Shown here in pieces: positions 38,945 to 48,457 of a stretch of 64,000 bases of DNA. Source of the DNA: Armatimonadota bacterium (GTDB lineage Bacteria; Armatimonadota; UBA5829; JAUSEB01). Under the pieces are notes generated by a model. It was not told where the DNA came from. It searched no databases and saw nothing but the letters and a program-made list of their open reading frames with translations. The DNA lies in the NCBI GenBank assembly GCA_030649165.1, contig JAUSGG010000162.1, positions 3-64,002 on the forward strand, written 5' to 3'. Position 1 is the stretch's first letter. Each line of letters starts with the position of its first letter. The translations under genes were made by a program, and so were the position numbers.

Positions 38945-40243
38945 ATGAAGATATTCGAGACAGGCCGGGACGCCTACGAGGAGATCTGCAAGGCGCTCGG
39001 TCCTCAGGCCACAACCTTCGATCGGTCCGTCGCCGAGGCCGTGGCCGCGATAATAGCGGACGTCCGGTCTCGCGGCGACCAGGCCGTGCTGGAGTACGGG
39101 CGAAAGTTCGATAGTCCGGCGCTGGAATCCGTCGCCGTCGAGGAAGCCGAGGTCGAAGCGGCGTATCAGGAAGTCGGCGACGGTCTCCTGGCGGCGATCC
39201 GTACGGCGAAAGCCAACATCGAGGAATTCCACCGCAGGCAGTTGCGTAACTCTTGGATTGACGCCCAGGAAGGCCGTCTTCTGGGCCAGATAATCCGACC
39301 GCTGGACCGGGTCGGTGTTTACGCGCCGGGCGGCAAAGCGTCGTATCCGAGCACTGTGCTGATGAGCGTCGTGCCCGCCCGCGTCGCGGGCGTGAGCGAG
39401 ATCGCGCTGTGCGCTCCCGCGCAGGCGGATGGCCGGATGAGCTCGGCTATGCTCGTGGCGGCGCGCGAGGCCGGGGCCGGCAAAGTGTTCAAAGCCGGCG
39501 GCGCGCAGGCAATTGCCGCCATGGCTCTGGGAACGACCATCGTGCCTCGCGTGGATAAGATCGTCGGTCCCGGAAATCCGTACGTCACCGAGGCAAAGCG
39601 CCAGCTCTACGGGTTGGTCGGCATAGATATGCTGGCCGGGCCGAGCGAAGTCCTCGTGCTGACGGACGGGGCGGCCGATCCCGCGCTCGTGGCGGCGGAC
39701 CTGCTTTCGCAAGCCGAACATGCCGAAGACTCGCGCCCTATGCTGATCACGACCGAACGCGCCCTTGCGCATGAGGTCCTGAATGAGATCAAAAAGCAGA
39801 AAGCGCTGTGCAGCCGCGGCGAGATCATCGACAAGTCTCTTGGTGACTTCGGCGTTGTTGTTATCTGCAGGAACATCGACGAGGCCATCGAACTCGCAAA
39901 CTATTGCGCCCCCGAACACCTCGAACTGATGGTTTCCGACCCCTGGCAGATTTTGCCCAGGATCAGGAACGCGGGAGCGATCATGATCGGAAGCGATTCC
40001 ACCGTCTCGATCGGCGACTACATAGCCGGGCCGAGCCACACGCTGCCCACAAACGGCACGGCCAGGTTCAGCTCACCGCTCTGCGTGGATGATTTTCTGA
40101 AGAAGTCCAGCATAATCTGGTACTCGCGCGCCGCGCTCGCGGAGGCGATCAAGCATATAGAAGATTTGGCCCTGGCCGAGGGCTTCGACGCGCACGCCCG
40201 CGCGGCACGAATGAGACTCTCAACTGGAAAAGAGGCGACTTAA
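38945..40243 (+). CDS. hisD: Histidinol dehydrogenase
   Basis: 432 aa with conserved HisD motifs (GGAQAIAAMA, PSEVLVL, AEHAEDS, CAPEHLEL). Confidence 0.95.
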   Translation: MKIFETGRDAYEEICKALGPQATTFDRSVAEAVAAIIADVRSRGDQAVLEYGRKFDSPALESVAVEEAEVEAAYQEVGDGLLAAIRTAKANIEEFHRRQLRNSWIDAQEGRLLGQIIRPLDRVGVYAPGGKASYPSTVLMSVVPARVAGVSEIALCAPAQADGRMSSAMLVAAREAGAGKVFKAGGAQAIAAMALGTTIVPRVDKIVGPGNPYVTEAKRQLYGLVGIDMLAGPSEVLVLTDGAADPALVAADLLSQAEHAEDSRPMLITTERALAHEVLNEIKKQKALCSRGEIIDKSLGDFGVVVICRNIDEAIELANYCAPEHLELMVSDPWQILPRIRNAGAIMIGSDSTVSIGDYIAGPSHTLPTNGTARFSSPLCVDDFLKKSSIIWYSRAALAEAIKHIEDLALAEGFDAHARAARMRLSTGKEAT

Positions 40244-40831
40244 GTGGCAAGAGTAGCTGAGGTACAAAGAAAAACCGCGGAGACCGACATCCGCGTCCGG
40301 GTCGATCTGGACGGCTCCGGTGAAGGCTCGATCTCGACGGGCGTTGGCTTCTTCGATCACATGCTCCAGCAGTTGGCAAAACACAGCCTGATGGACGTGC
40401 AAATCGAGGCGAAGGGCGACCTGCACATCGATCCTCACCACACGGTCGAGGACGTGGGGATTTGCCTCGGCTCGGCCATCAAGCAGGCGCTGGGGAAAAA
40501 GGAAGGCATCAGACGCTTCGCCTCCAAGACCGTCCCAATGGACGAAGCCCTCGTGCTGACCTCGATAGACGTCAGCGGGCGCGGCTCTCTGACGTACGAC
40601 TTACGCATAGAGCAGGACACTATCGGCGAGATGCCGACGGACCTCGTCCTGGAGTTCTTCAAGTCGCTGGCAACCAACGCGGGCGTCACCGTGCATATCC
40701 GAAAGCTCTCCGGCGAGAACCCGCATCACACAGTAGAGGCGGCGTTCAAATCCTTCGCCCAATCGCTGCAGGAAGCGGTGTCGCTGAGCGAGCGGGTCAA
40801 AGGAACGCCATCGACAAAGGGAACGCTGTAG
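40244..40831 (+). CDS. hisB: Imidazoleglycerol-phosphate dehydratase
   Basis: GTG start abutting hisD stop; RKTAETDI, GVGFFDHML, HHTVED motifs. Confidence 0.9.
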   Translation: MARVAEVQRKTAETDIRVRVDLDGSGEGSISTGVGFFDHMLQQLAKHSLMDVQIEAKGDLHIDPHHTVEDVGICLGSAIKQALGKKEGIRRFASKTVPMDEALVLTSIDVSGRGSLTYDLRIEQDTIGEMPTDLVLEFFKSLATNAGVTVHIRKLSGENPHHTVEAAFKSFAQSLQEAVSLSERVKGTPSTKGTL

Positions 40832-40862
40832 GGGGGAGTCGAAGGAGTCGAGGGGGCCGGAG

Positions 40863-40903
40863 TTCCCTCTCCCTATGAGGGAGAGGGTTAGGGTGAGGGT
40901 GGA
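40863..40903. repeat. R1 hairpin repeat copy (preceded by GGAGTCGAAGGAGTCGAGG word repeat)
   Basis: agttccctctccctatgagggagagggttagggtgagggtg. Confidence 0.85.
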
Positions 40904-40953
40904 ACCTATTATCCAGCCATCTGCCCGGACTAACCCTCAACCAACAACCAGAC

Positions 40954-41748
40954 ATGCTCGAAATCATCCCCGCAATAGATATCAGAAACGGCCGGTGCGT
41001 GCGCCTTCCGCAGGGTCGCTTTGACCAGGAGACCGTCTACTCAGACGATCCGGTCGAAGTGGCGCGCCGCTGGGAAGCCGAAGGCGCGCCGCGATTGCAT
41101 ATAGTGGATTTGGACGGCGCCCGCGCCGGATCGCCTCAAAACCTTGCCATAGTTGAGAAGATAGCCGCGGCCATCCGCGTTCCGGTCCAACTTGGCGGCG
41201 GCATTCGTTCGCTGGAAATCGCCCGCTCGGCGCTTGACGAGGGTGTGGGGCGGGTCATCATAGGAACATCGGCGGCGCTCGACGCGGCCATCGCTGAAGA
41301 GATATTCCGCTCTTTGGGCGAGCAGGCGATCGTCGGCATAGACGCAAGAGACGGTTACGTTGCGGTGCGCGGCTGGGAGGAGATAACCACCGAGAAGGCG
41401 GTGGATTTCGCCAAACGGATGGTATCTCTGGGCGCCGTAAGGATCATCTACACCGACATTTCGCGCGACGGCATGCTGCGGGGCGTCAACCTGCCGGCGA
41501 TGGTTGAGATGACCCAGGCCGTGTCCGTCCCGGTGATCGCCTCAGGCGGAGTCACCACGGTGCAAGACATAAAGGACCTCGTCTCCGCAAACCTCCCCCG
41601 GCTGGAAGGCGTTATCACGGGCAAGGCCCTCTATACCGGCTCTCTCTCCCTGGCCGACGCCCTCGCCGCCGCGGGAAAAGGCGAGAGAAACCCCCACTCC
41701 CTTGAGGGAGAGGGCATGGGTGAGGGTGAAAGCTCTGCGAATTCCTGA
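40954..41748 (+). CDS. hisA: ProFAR isomerase (1-(5-phosphoribosyl)-5-[(5-phosphoribosylamino)methylideneamino]imidazole-4-carboxamide isomerase)
   Basis: MLEIIPAIDIRNGRCVRL..., GGGIRS, GKALYTG; C-terminal ~15 codons read through an R1 repeat copy. Confidence 0.85.
   Translation: MLEIIPAIDIRNGRCVRLPQGRFDQETVYSDDPVEVARRWEAEGAPRLHIVDLDGARAGSPQNLAIVEKIAAAIRVPVQLGGGIRSLEIARSALDEGVGRVIIGTSAALDAAIAEEIFRSLGEQAIVGIDARDGYVAVRGWEEITTEKAVDFAKRMVSLGAVRIIYTDISRDGMLRGVNLPAMVEMTQAVSVPVIASGGVTTVQDIKDLVSANLPRLEGVITGKALYTGSLSLADALAAAGKGERNPHSLEGEGMGEGESSANS
41691..41730. repeat. R1 hairpin repeat copy, embedded in hisA 3' end
   Basis: cccccactcccttgagggagagggcatgggtgagggtgaa. Confidence 0.85.
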
Positions 41749-42862
41749 CCTGTTAACGAACAACTGCATCCTGCCCTGCGCGATCTCAACAGTCATCGCC
41801 TTGCTTGCCGCGACGGCGGCGGGAGCGCCGGCCCCTGGCCGCGACAAAGAAGTCCTCGTCGGCGTCTACTACTTCGCCGGGTGGTGGAAGGAGCAGCCCA
41901 ACAATTACAACGTGAACGGTCGCGATTGGCGTAAAGACTACCCTCAAAGAGCATCTCTCCTCGGGCAGTACAACGACCAGGAAACTATGGACCGGGAGAT
42001 CGAAGCCGCGGCGGCGCACGGCGTGGATTTCTTCCAAATACTGTGGTATCACCAGGACCCCAAGCTGCCCGCCGAACCGCATCACGAGAAGCTGAACGAA
42101 GGAATCCGGCTGTTCATGAACTCTTCCGAGAATCGCGCAATGAAGTTCACCCTGGAGTTCGTGAACCATCCGCCATTTGCCATCACTTCGGACGCGGAAT
42201 GGGAATCTGCCTGCCGTTATTGGGTCCGCGTGATGAAACACCCCAGTTACCTGCGCGTGGGAGGGCGTCCGGTTTTCAAAATACACGGGCTTTGGCATTT
42301 CCTGCGGCAGAATGGCGACGATCCTGAAAAGGTGAGGAAGAGGATCGAGTCATTCCGGCGGATTGCCGCGAAAGCGGGGCTGCCCAACCCTCTCATCTCA
42401 GCCGGTGTGGGGATTGGGGATGTGCAAAAAGGGCCGCGGGCGCAGCCCTACGATTTCCTGACTACGTACATGGACATGCCAAATCTGCCGGTCAAAGCCG
42501 AGCCGTACCCCTACAGCGCCCTGATAGACCAGGCCGAAAAGGGATGGCTGCTCAACGCGGCCGAGAGTGGAAAGCCCTACGTTCCCCACGTTCCCGCCGG
42601 CTGGGACCCCCGCCCCTGGGGCGATCCCAGACCGTCTTTCACCTTTCCCACGCGGGACGAATGGCTCGACGCGCTTCGCCGGGTGAGATCGGCCTTGGAA
42701 TCGAGTGACAAGCTCGGCGCGCCATCGGGCAAACGCAAGCCGCGCAAGATGCTTCTCATCTACGCCTGGAACGAGTTCGGCGAAGGCGGCATCCTCGCCC
42801 CCACCCAGGGCGAACGCTACATGAAACTCGAAGCCATCAAAGACGTCTTCGGGCGTCGCTAA
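41702..42862 (+). CDS. Secreted hypothetical protein with glycoside-hydrolase-like (TIM-barrel) N-terminal signature VGVYYFAGWW
   Basis: Signal-peptide-like LLTNNCILPCAISTVIALLAATAAG; start uncertain (ORF ATG 41702 lies inside hisA and R1 repeat; non-ATG start likely near 41750). Confidence 0.6.
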   Translation: MRERAWVRVKALRIPDLLTNNCILPCAISTVIALLAATAAGAPAPGRDKEVLVGVYYFAGWWKEQPNNYNVNGRDWRKDYPQRASLLGQYNDQETMDREIEAAAAHGVDFFQILWYHQDPKLPAEPHHEKLNEGIRLFMNSSENRAMKFTLEFVNHPPFAITSDAEWESACRYWVRVMKHPSYLRVGGRPVFKIHGLWHFLRQNGDDPEKVRKRIESFRRIAAKAGLPNPLISAGVGIGDVQKGPRAQPYDFLTTYMDMPNLPVKAEPYPYSALIDQAEKGWLLNAAESGKPYVPHVPAGWDPRPWGDPRPSFTFPTRDEWLDALRRVRSALESSDKLGAPSGKRKPRKMLLIYAWNEFGEGGILAPTQGERYMKLEAIKDVFGRR

Positions 42863-42897
42863 AGACCCCCAACCCTACAACCCTACACACCTAACCC

Positions 42898-43398
42898 TCA
42901 CCTGTATCCTTCCAGTTCCTGCTCTATGCTGACGCCGCCGTCGGCCTTCTCGTCTATACGAAGCTCGGTCATCACGCGCGCGGCGCCTTTCCTTCGGACC
43001 GCCTCGTGGGCCTGCTTCGCGACGCGAAGTACTGTATCCAGGTCGCCCTCAAGCGTGGTGCCGAGCGCGTCCACTTCGTACTTCACGCCCGACTTCCTGA
43101 CCTCATCGATCGCCGCGTCGATGAACGGCTTGATTTGTCCCTCCACCAGCGGAGTGACTGTCAGTTCGGCTACTACCATCTTCGTCTCCCCCTTGCCTAG
43201 ATTTCCCTTGCCTTCCGCCTCGTCCCAATCCGGATTGGCCGAAATCCACTCGTAAGTATCGCGTTCCAAACCCGGCAATGTGGGCAGCCGGCCTCCCGTT
43301 TCCCTAATCCTGGCCAACTCTCCCGTCGCCAGGCTTCTGTACACGCCGGCCTCGACCTCTTCCCCGCTCTGGTAGAACTCCTGAGACTCGCGAGTCAT
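42898..43398 (-). CDS. MTH1187/YkoF-family protein with ~70-aa N-terminal extension
   Basis: C-terminal 95 aa MVVAELTVTPLVEG... matches thiamine-binding MTH1187/YkoF fold family; N-terminal acidic segment of unknown function. Confidence 0.6.
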   Translation of the reverse strand: MTRESQEFYQSGEEVEAGVYRSLATGELARIRETGGRLPTLPGLERDTYEWISANPDWDEAEGKGNLGKGETKMVVAELTVTPLVEGQIKPFIDAAIDEVRKSGVKYEVDALGTTLEGDLDTVLRVAKQAHEAVRRKGAARVMTELRIDEKADGGVSIEQELEGYR

Positions 43399-43742
43399 AA
43401 CGCCCCATCGTCCTCATCAGGTCAAACCCAATACGAATCTACCCTCCACCGACAACTGTCAACCGACGACCAACGCCGAAGCAATCCAGTTGTCCTATCC
43501 GTCCCATCCGTCCTATCCATCCGAACAGGCGCTGGGTGGCGATTTCGGAATCCCAGAACCCCGCCCCGAAGGAAACAACCTCCGCCAAGTCGAACCCCAT
43601 GCTGTCTGACATTGTTCACAGGGCATTGCGCTAGCAGTTCTGTGCAACGCCTCAGGCACGACCGGAAGGACCCTATGAGTGAACAACTCTCAAGCATCGA
43701 ATGCGGCGGGAGTCGCCTGATAGGCGAACGTAGGAGGACGCT

Positions 43743-46700
43743 TTGAGAACGGCTGGGAACCAACACACCCCGGGCCAGGGCGTGCTCCGGCTATCGCCCG
43801 TCAACAACCGGGACTTATTCGCCCACAACTATATCGACAACCGTTTGCCCGAACTGCTGGAATGGCGGAACCCGGATGGTATCGAGGAAGCCTTCCGAGC
43901 GATACTGGACATCTACAACCAGAAGGCCACGGGTCTGGCTAACGCTAATGAGGCTCAAACGGAGTTGGACTTTGTCCGTCCCGTCCTCGGCGTTCTGTGG
44001 GGAGAACAGCAAACCGGTGACTGTTACCAGGTGCAAGCTGTCATTCCCACTCTCGATGGTCGTCGCCAGCCCGACTACGCCTTCTTCCGACGCGCTGCTG
44101 ATCGGGAAGCCGCGGATACCAGACGCGGGACAATTGAGTATTGGCGCGACGCACCCTGCCTCGGCGACGCAAAGGCGTGGTCTGCCGGCCTGGACAAACA
44201 GCGCGGGGTCGACGACAACCCCTCCGCCCAGATTGCCAGTTATTTACACAAGTCTCGCGTCCGTTGGGGAATCCTCACGAACGGGCGTATTTGGCGACTA
44301 TACGAACGGGAGAAATCCGCCCCGGGTGGCATCTACTTCGAGGTCAATCTCGAAGACATCCTCCTGGCAAATGACCGGGACGGATTCAAGTGGTTCTACC
44401 TGTTTTTCCGCCGGCAGGCGTTCACTCCTGGAGCTGATGGCAAGACATTCGTCGAAGAGGTGTTCCAGGGGAGCGTCGATTATGCCACGCAGGTTGGGGA
44501 TCGACTCAAGGAATCCGTCTACGACGCCATCCGCCATTTGATCAACGGGTTCTTCGAGCGCGCCGAAAACAAACTGAATCCCCGCAATCCCGATCACCTG
44601 ACCCTCGTGCACGACAACAGCCTTATCCTACTCTACCGGCTTCTGTTCCTGTTCTACGCCGAAGACAAAGGGCTTCTGCCGCCTGGCCATCCCGTGTATC
44701 GCGACTACAGCCTCAAGCGATTGCAGAAGCTGATCAACGAAGAAATACGGGCCGGCCGCGAGCACTATTCCGGTGAACGCAGGTTCTGGCCTCAGATCAG
44801 TAACCTTTTCGAGTTGATAGACGGTGGGTTAAGCAACGGCGAGAAAACCGTCGTCCCGGCCTACAATGGCGGGCTGTTCAGTGAGGAGAAACACCCGCAT
44901 ATTGGGCACACTCCTCAACCAGGCGTCATCCGGTGGCAGATCGGCGACGATCGTCTGGCCCAGGTGATCGACACGCTCGCCTATGAACGCGAACGGTGGG
45001 ACGAACCGGGGGACAAAGACATTGACTACAACACGCTTGAGGTCCAGCACCTGGGCAGCATATACGAAGGGCTTTTGGAACTCCAGCCGCGTGTCGCGGA
45101 CGAGGCGATGGTGGAGGTATCGGCGGGCGGGAAGTCGATGTTTAAGCCCGAAAAGGAAGTTGCCGATCCCCGCCCGATTCGCGGACAACCGCGCCGCGTA
45201 GCAAGCGGCGAGGTTTACCTCGTAACCGACCGGGGCGAGCGCAAGGCCACCGGAAGCTACTACACGCCAAAGTACATCGTTGACTACATCGCCGCGAACA
45301 CGGTTGGAGAGCTTGCCGACGAAGCGGCCGGAAAGGTTGTGGAGCTTCGTTCCGAGGTGGACAAGGAGATCTTCGAACTGCGAGAACGGCGGCGGCAGTG
45401 GAAGGCGAAACCCGACGGCTACGACCCCGCCGAAGTCGCGCGGCAGATCGCCAACATCGACGGGGAGATCGAAAAGGAGAAGCTCCGCCTTCTGGAACCC
45501 TACCTTTCCCTGTCGGTCCTCGACCCGGCAATGGGCAGCGGTCACTTCCTTGTCGGCGCGGCAGACCTCCTGAGCCTGGCTATGGCGACCGACCCGAACA
45601 TCCTGCCGATGGAGGACATAGGCAACGAAGACCCCCAGGCGCACTACAAGCGGCTGGTTGTCGAACGCTGCCTGTATGGAGTGGACCTGAACCCGTTGGC
45701 GGTCGAGCTGGCAAAGCTCTCGCTCTGGTTGCACACGGTCTCAAGAGGGAAGGCTCTCTCTTTTCTTGACCACCATTTGCGCGCGGGAAACAGCCTGATT
45801 GGCGCAAACATCGAAGATGATCTTTCCAAGGAGCCGCCGTTGTTCAACGGCAAGGGCAAGCGGGTGAACGCGGAGAACCCCCAACTTGTGCTTGGCTTTG
45901 CCCAGGCCCTGCAGGGCGAGCATCTTTCCTCCCTCCTGGCCCTGCTGGACCGCATATCCCAGGTTCCCACACACGACAGAGAGGGTGAGAGGCTCAAGGA
46001 GCAACTGTACGAGGAGTTGGAGCGCAAGCGCGAGAGATTCCGCGCCGTCGCCAATTGCTGGCTTGCGCCTTTTTTCGGTTCTCCCGTGACGGCACAAGAA
46101 TACGAAAAGGCGGTCGCCGCCCTGCGAGGCTCCGACGCCGCCTGGCGCAAGCTTGCGCGCGAGCGTTGGTTCGTCGACGCCCAAAAGGTCGCAACCGCCA
46201 AACGGTTTTTCCACTGGGAGTTGGAGTTTCCGGAGGTGTTCTTTACTCCTACGGGTCTGAAGGCAAAGGAGGAGCGCGGATTCGATACGGTTGTTGGAAA
46301 TCCGCCTTACGGCGCAGGCCAGGATCGAGCTTTGCTTGCCTCGATGTATGTCGGTGCCCGTGGCAATTCGGACAACTACGCAGCGTTCATTGATCTGGCA
46401 ATTGGCAAGGCACGGGAAAGCGGTCGCGTTGGTTTGATCACCCCCCAATCCTGGCAGACGGGAGTGGGTTTCCGGGATCTCCGCGTCGCTGTGCTCGGCA
46501 ACGAGAGTGTAACCGCATTGGTGAACCTCCCGTACGACGTTTTCCCCGACGCCTATGTGGACACAAGCATTGTTGTTGTCAGGAAGGCCAAGCCAGAGTC
46601 AGGCCATTGTTTCGGCATCAAAGTCTTTGACAAGACGGCCGACTGCAGCGACCTTTCCCAAGTGACCTTACAGCCTGTGCGACAAACAGATATGGCCTCG

Positions 46701-47798
46701 CATCGAAGTGCCGTGGGCCAGGACCAGCGGGAGATATCCCTGGTTATGCGCCTCGTAGACAACGTCGAGAGTCGGCCCCTTTCGGATATTACGCGCTCGA
46801 CTCGCGGCATCCGCGCGCTTCCGTGCCAGGTATCAAGCGAATGCAAGGGAGAGACATGGAAGCCGTTTTTTCTGGGGGAAGTCGACAGGTACGCAACGGC
46901 AGGCTCTTGCCTCTTTGTCGATTTCACGGACAAGTTGCCTGAACGTCCCATAGACGCGGCGTTGTTTGAAGGAGAGCGTTTGCTGATGAGGCGACTGGTC
47001 AGCCGACAGGATCGGCTCATGGGCTGCATGGTGAGAGCCAACTTCATTGTGAAGAAGGACCTGTACGTCTTGCACGGCTGCACCGATGTGTCGTACGGTT
47101 TCCTGCTCGCCCTGCTTAACAGCCGCCTCGTGTCGTACATATACGTCCATACCGATGTGGCAGCGTTGAAAGACGACTTTCGGCAGGTCACGCTGGATGG
47201 CCTGCGAGCTCTTCCTATCCGCCGCATTGCCTTCAGCACGCCCGATGCGGAGCGGGTCGGGCTGTTGACCGATGCCAAACAGGCGTATGAGACCTACCTG
47301 ACAGTCGCCGATAGCGCGGCTGTTCTTGGGTTCGTGGAGCATCAGCTTTCGGCGGTCCCCGAACGCGCCGATGTCATCCACGACCTCCTGGCCTTCCTTG
47401 CCGAGCAGATGATTGAGATGAACAAGCAAAAGCACGCAGAGGAAGCCGGGTTCCTTGCATATCTCGAGCGGGGGATCGGCGCGAAGGCGGACGACCTGAC
47501 CAACAAGACGAAGATCAGGGACTACCACGGGCGCGACTTCGAAACGCTCCTGGACGTGCTTCGTAAGAACAGCAAGAAGCTGAAAGCAAACCCGGACGCT
47601 CGCAAGTTCCAGGAGGACCTGCGACGGGAGTTCGATTCCAGTGTGGGCAAGCTCTCGCCGCTGAAAGAGCGAATAGCCGCCACCGACCGCTTGATAGACC
47701 AGATAGTCTACAAGCTCTACGGTTTGACGGAAGAAGAGATACGAATCGTGGAGGGTGAGGCCAACGCCGACCCGACCGCCCGACAGTCGCCTTCATGA
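43743..47798 (+). CDS. Type IIG/IIL restriction-modification enzyme, MmeI family (fused PD-DxK endonuclease + gamma-class N6-adenine methyltransferase + TRD), 1351 aa
   Basis: PDYAFF...LGDAKAW nuclease motifs; WGILTNGRIWRLY; LLYRLLFLFYAEDKGLLP; TGSYYTPKYIVDYI (motif X); DPAMGSGHFLV (motif I); VVGNPPYG (motif IV); TTG start with AGGAGG RBS. Confidence 0.85.
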   Translation: MRTAGNQHTPGQGVLRLSPVNNRDLFAHNYIDNRLPELLEWRNPDGIEEAFRAILDIYNQKATGLANANEAQTELDFVRPVLGVLWGEQQTGDCYQVQAVIPTLDGRRQPDYAFFRRAADREAADTRRGTIEYWRDAPCLGDAKAWSAGLDKQRGVDDNPSAQIASYLHKSRVRWGILTNGRIWRLYEREKSAPGGIYFEVNLEDILLANDRDGFKWFYLFFRRQAFTPGADGKTFVEEVFQGSVDYATQVGDRLKESVYDAIRHLINGFFERAENKLNPRNPDHLTLVHDNSLILLYRLLFLFYAEDKGLLPPGHPVYRDYSLKRLQKLINEEIRAGREHYSGERRFWPQISNLFELIDGGLSNGEKTVVPAYNGGLFSEEKHPHIGHTPQPGVIRWQIGDDRLAQVIDTLAYERERWDEPGDKDIDYNTLEVQHLGSIYEGLLELQPRVADEAMVEVSAGGKSMFKPEKEVADPRPIRGQPRRVASGEVYLVTDRGERKATGSYYTPKYIVDYIAANTVGELADEAAGKVVELRSEVDKEIFELRERRRQWKAKPDGYDPAEVARQIANIDGEIEKEKLRLLEPYLSLSVLDPAMGSGHFLVGAADLLSLAMATDPNILPMEDIGNEDPQAHYKRLVVERCLYGVDLNPLAVELAKLSLWLHTVSRGKALSFLDHHLRAGNSLIGANIEDDLSKEPPLFNGKGKRVNAENPQLVLGFAQALQGEHLSSLLALLDRISQVPTHDREGERLKEQLYEELERKRERFRAVANCWLAPFFGSPVTAQEYEKAVAALRGSDAAWRKLARERWFVDAQKVATAKRFFHWELEFPEVFFTPTGLKAKEERGFDTVVGNPPYGAGQDRALLASMYVGARGNSDNYAAFIDLAIGKARESGRVGLITPQSWQTGVGFRDLRVAVLGNESVTALVNLPYDVFPDAYVDTSIVVVRKAKPESGHCFGIKVFDKTADCSDLSQVTLQPVRQTDMASHRSAVGQDQREISLVMRLVDNVESRPLSDITRSTRGIRALPCQVSSECKGETWKPFFLGEVDRYATAGSCLFVDFTDKLPERPIDAALFEGERLLMRRLVSRQDRLMGCMVRANFIVKKDLYVLHGCTDVSYGFLLALLNSRLVSYIYVHTDVAALKDDFRQVTLDGLRALPIRRIAFSTPDAERVGLLTDAKQAYETYLTVADSAAVLGFVEHQLSAVPERADVIHDLLAFLAEQMIEMNKQKHAEEAGFLAYLERGIGAKADDLTNKTKIRDYHGRDFETLLDVLRKNSKKLKANPDARKFQEDLRREFDSSVGKLSPLKERIAATDRLIDQIVYKLYGLTEEEIRIVEGEANADPTARQSPS

Positions 47799-47870
47799 TC
47801 AAACACCAGCAACCTCCCATCTTCCTTCACGCTCCACTCCCTCCACTCTCCCCTCTCCACTCTGCTATAA

Positions 47871-48170
47871 TTGCTCATGATGAACAACGTATTGCGCGAC
47901 CTCGACGCCGTCCTGTTCGACCTTGACGGCACGCTCGTGGAGACGAATATCGACTTTGCCCTTATGCGGGAGGAGATGCTGGCCGTGGCCGGCGAGTTCG
48001 GCGTGGCCCCCGAGTCCGCGCGGGCGATGGACATTCTGGCCATAGTCGAATACGTCTGCGACACTCTCAACGTCCGCGGACTGACCGAACGCGCGGATGA
48101 GGCGCGGCGCGAGGCTATGCGCAGGCTTGAGTGGCCCTACCATCCTCATAGTTCCAATGAAGTACGTTAG
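47871..48170 (+). pseudogene. Truncated HAD-superfamily hydrolase (only motif I cap region, 99 aa)
   Basis: FDLDGTLVETN motif I present, motifs II-IV absent; ORF stops where a low-GC segment (48140-48300) begins. Confidence 0.5.
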
Positions 48171-48337
48171 GGATTCCGATCTCTCGGGATACCCCGAATG
48201 CAAAGACTTGATGGGACATGAGGAACTCCCGGTAGGGGCTACCACCCATCTCTGGAATGTCTTGGCTGTAAGGCAAAACAATATACTTGAACGCAGATGA
48301 GAATGGAGCAGAGGGATCGGGGCAAGTCTCACCTATC

Positions 48338-48395
48338 CCGCCTCCTAAAAGGAGGGGGAACTCCCTCTCCTTTTAGGAGAGGGCTGGGGTGAGGT
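48338..48395. repeat. Double R1 hairpin repeat
   Basis: cctcctaaaaggagggggaactccctctccttttaggagagggctggggtgaggtcc. Confidence 0.85.
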
Positions 48396-48457
48396 CCGCT
48401 TTGTGATCGACTTTATCCGATGTCTGCTAGCCACTAATCGCTAACCACTTTCCGCGT

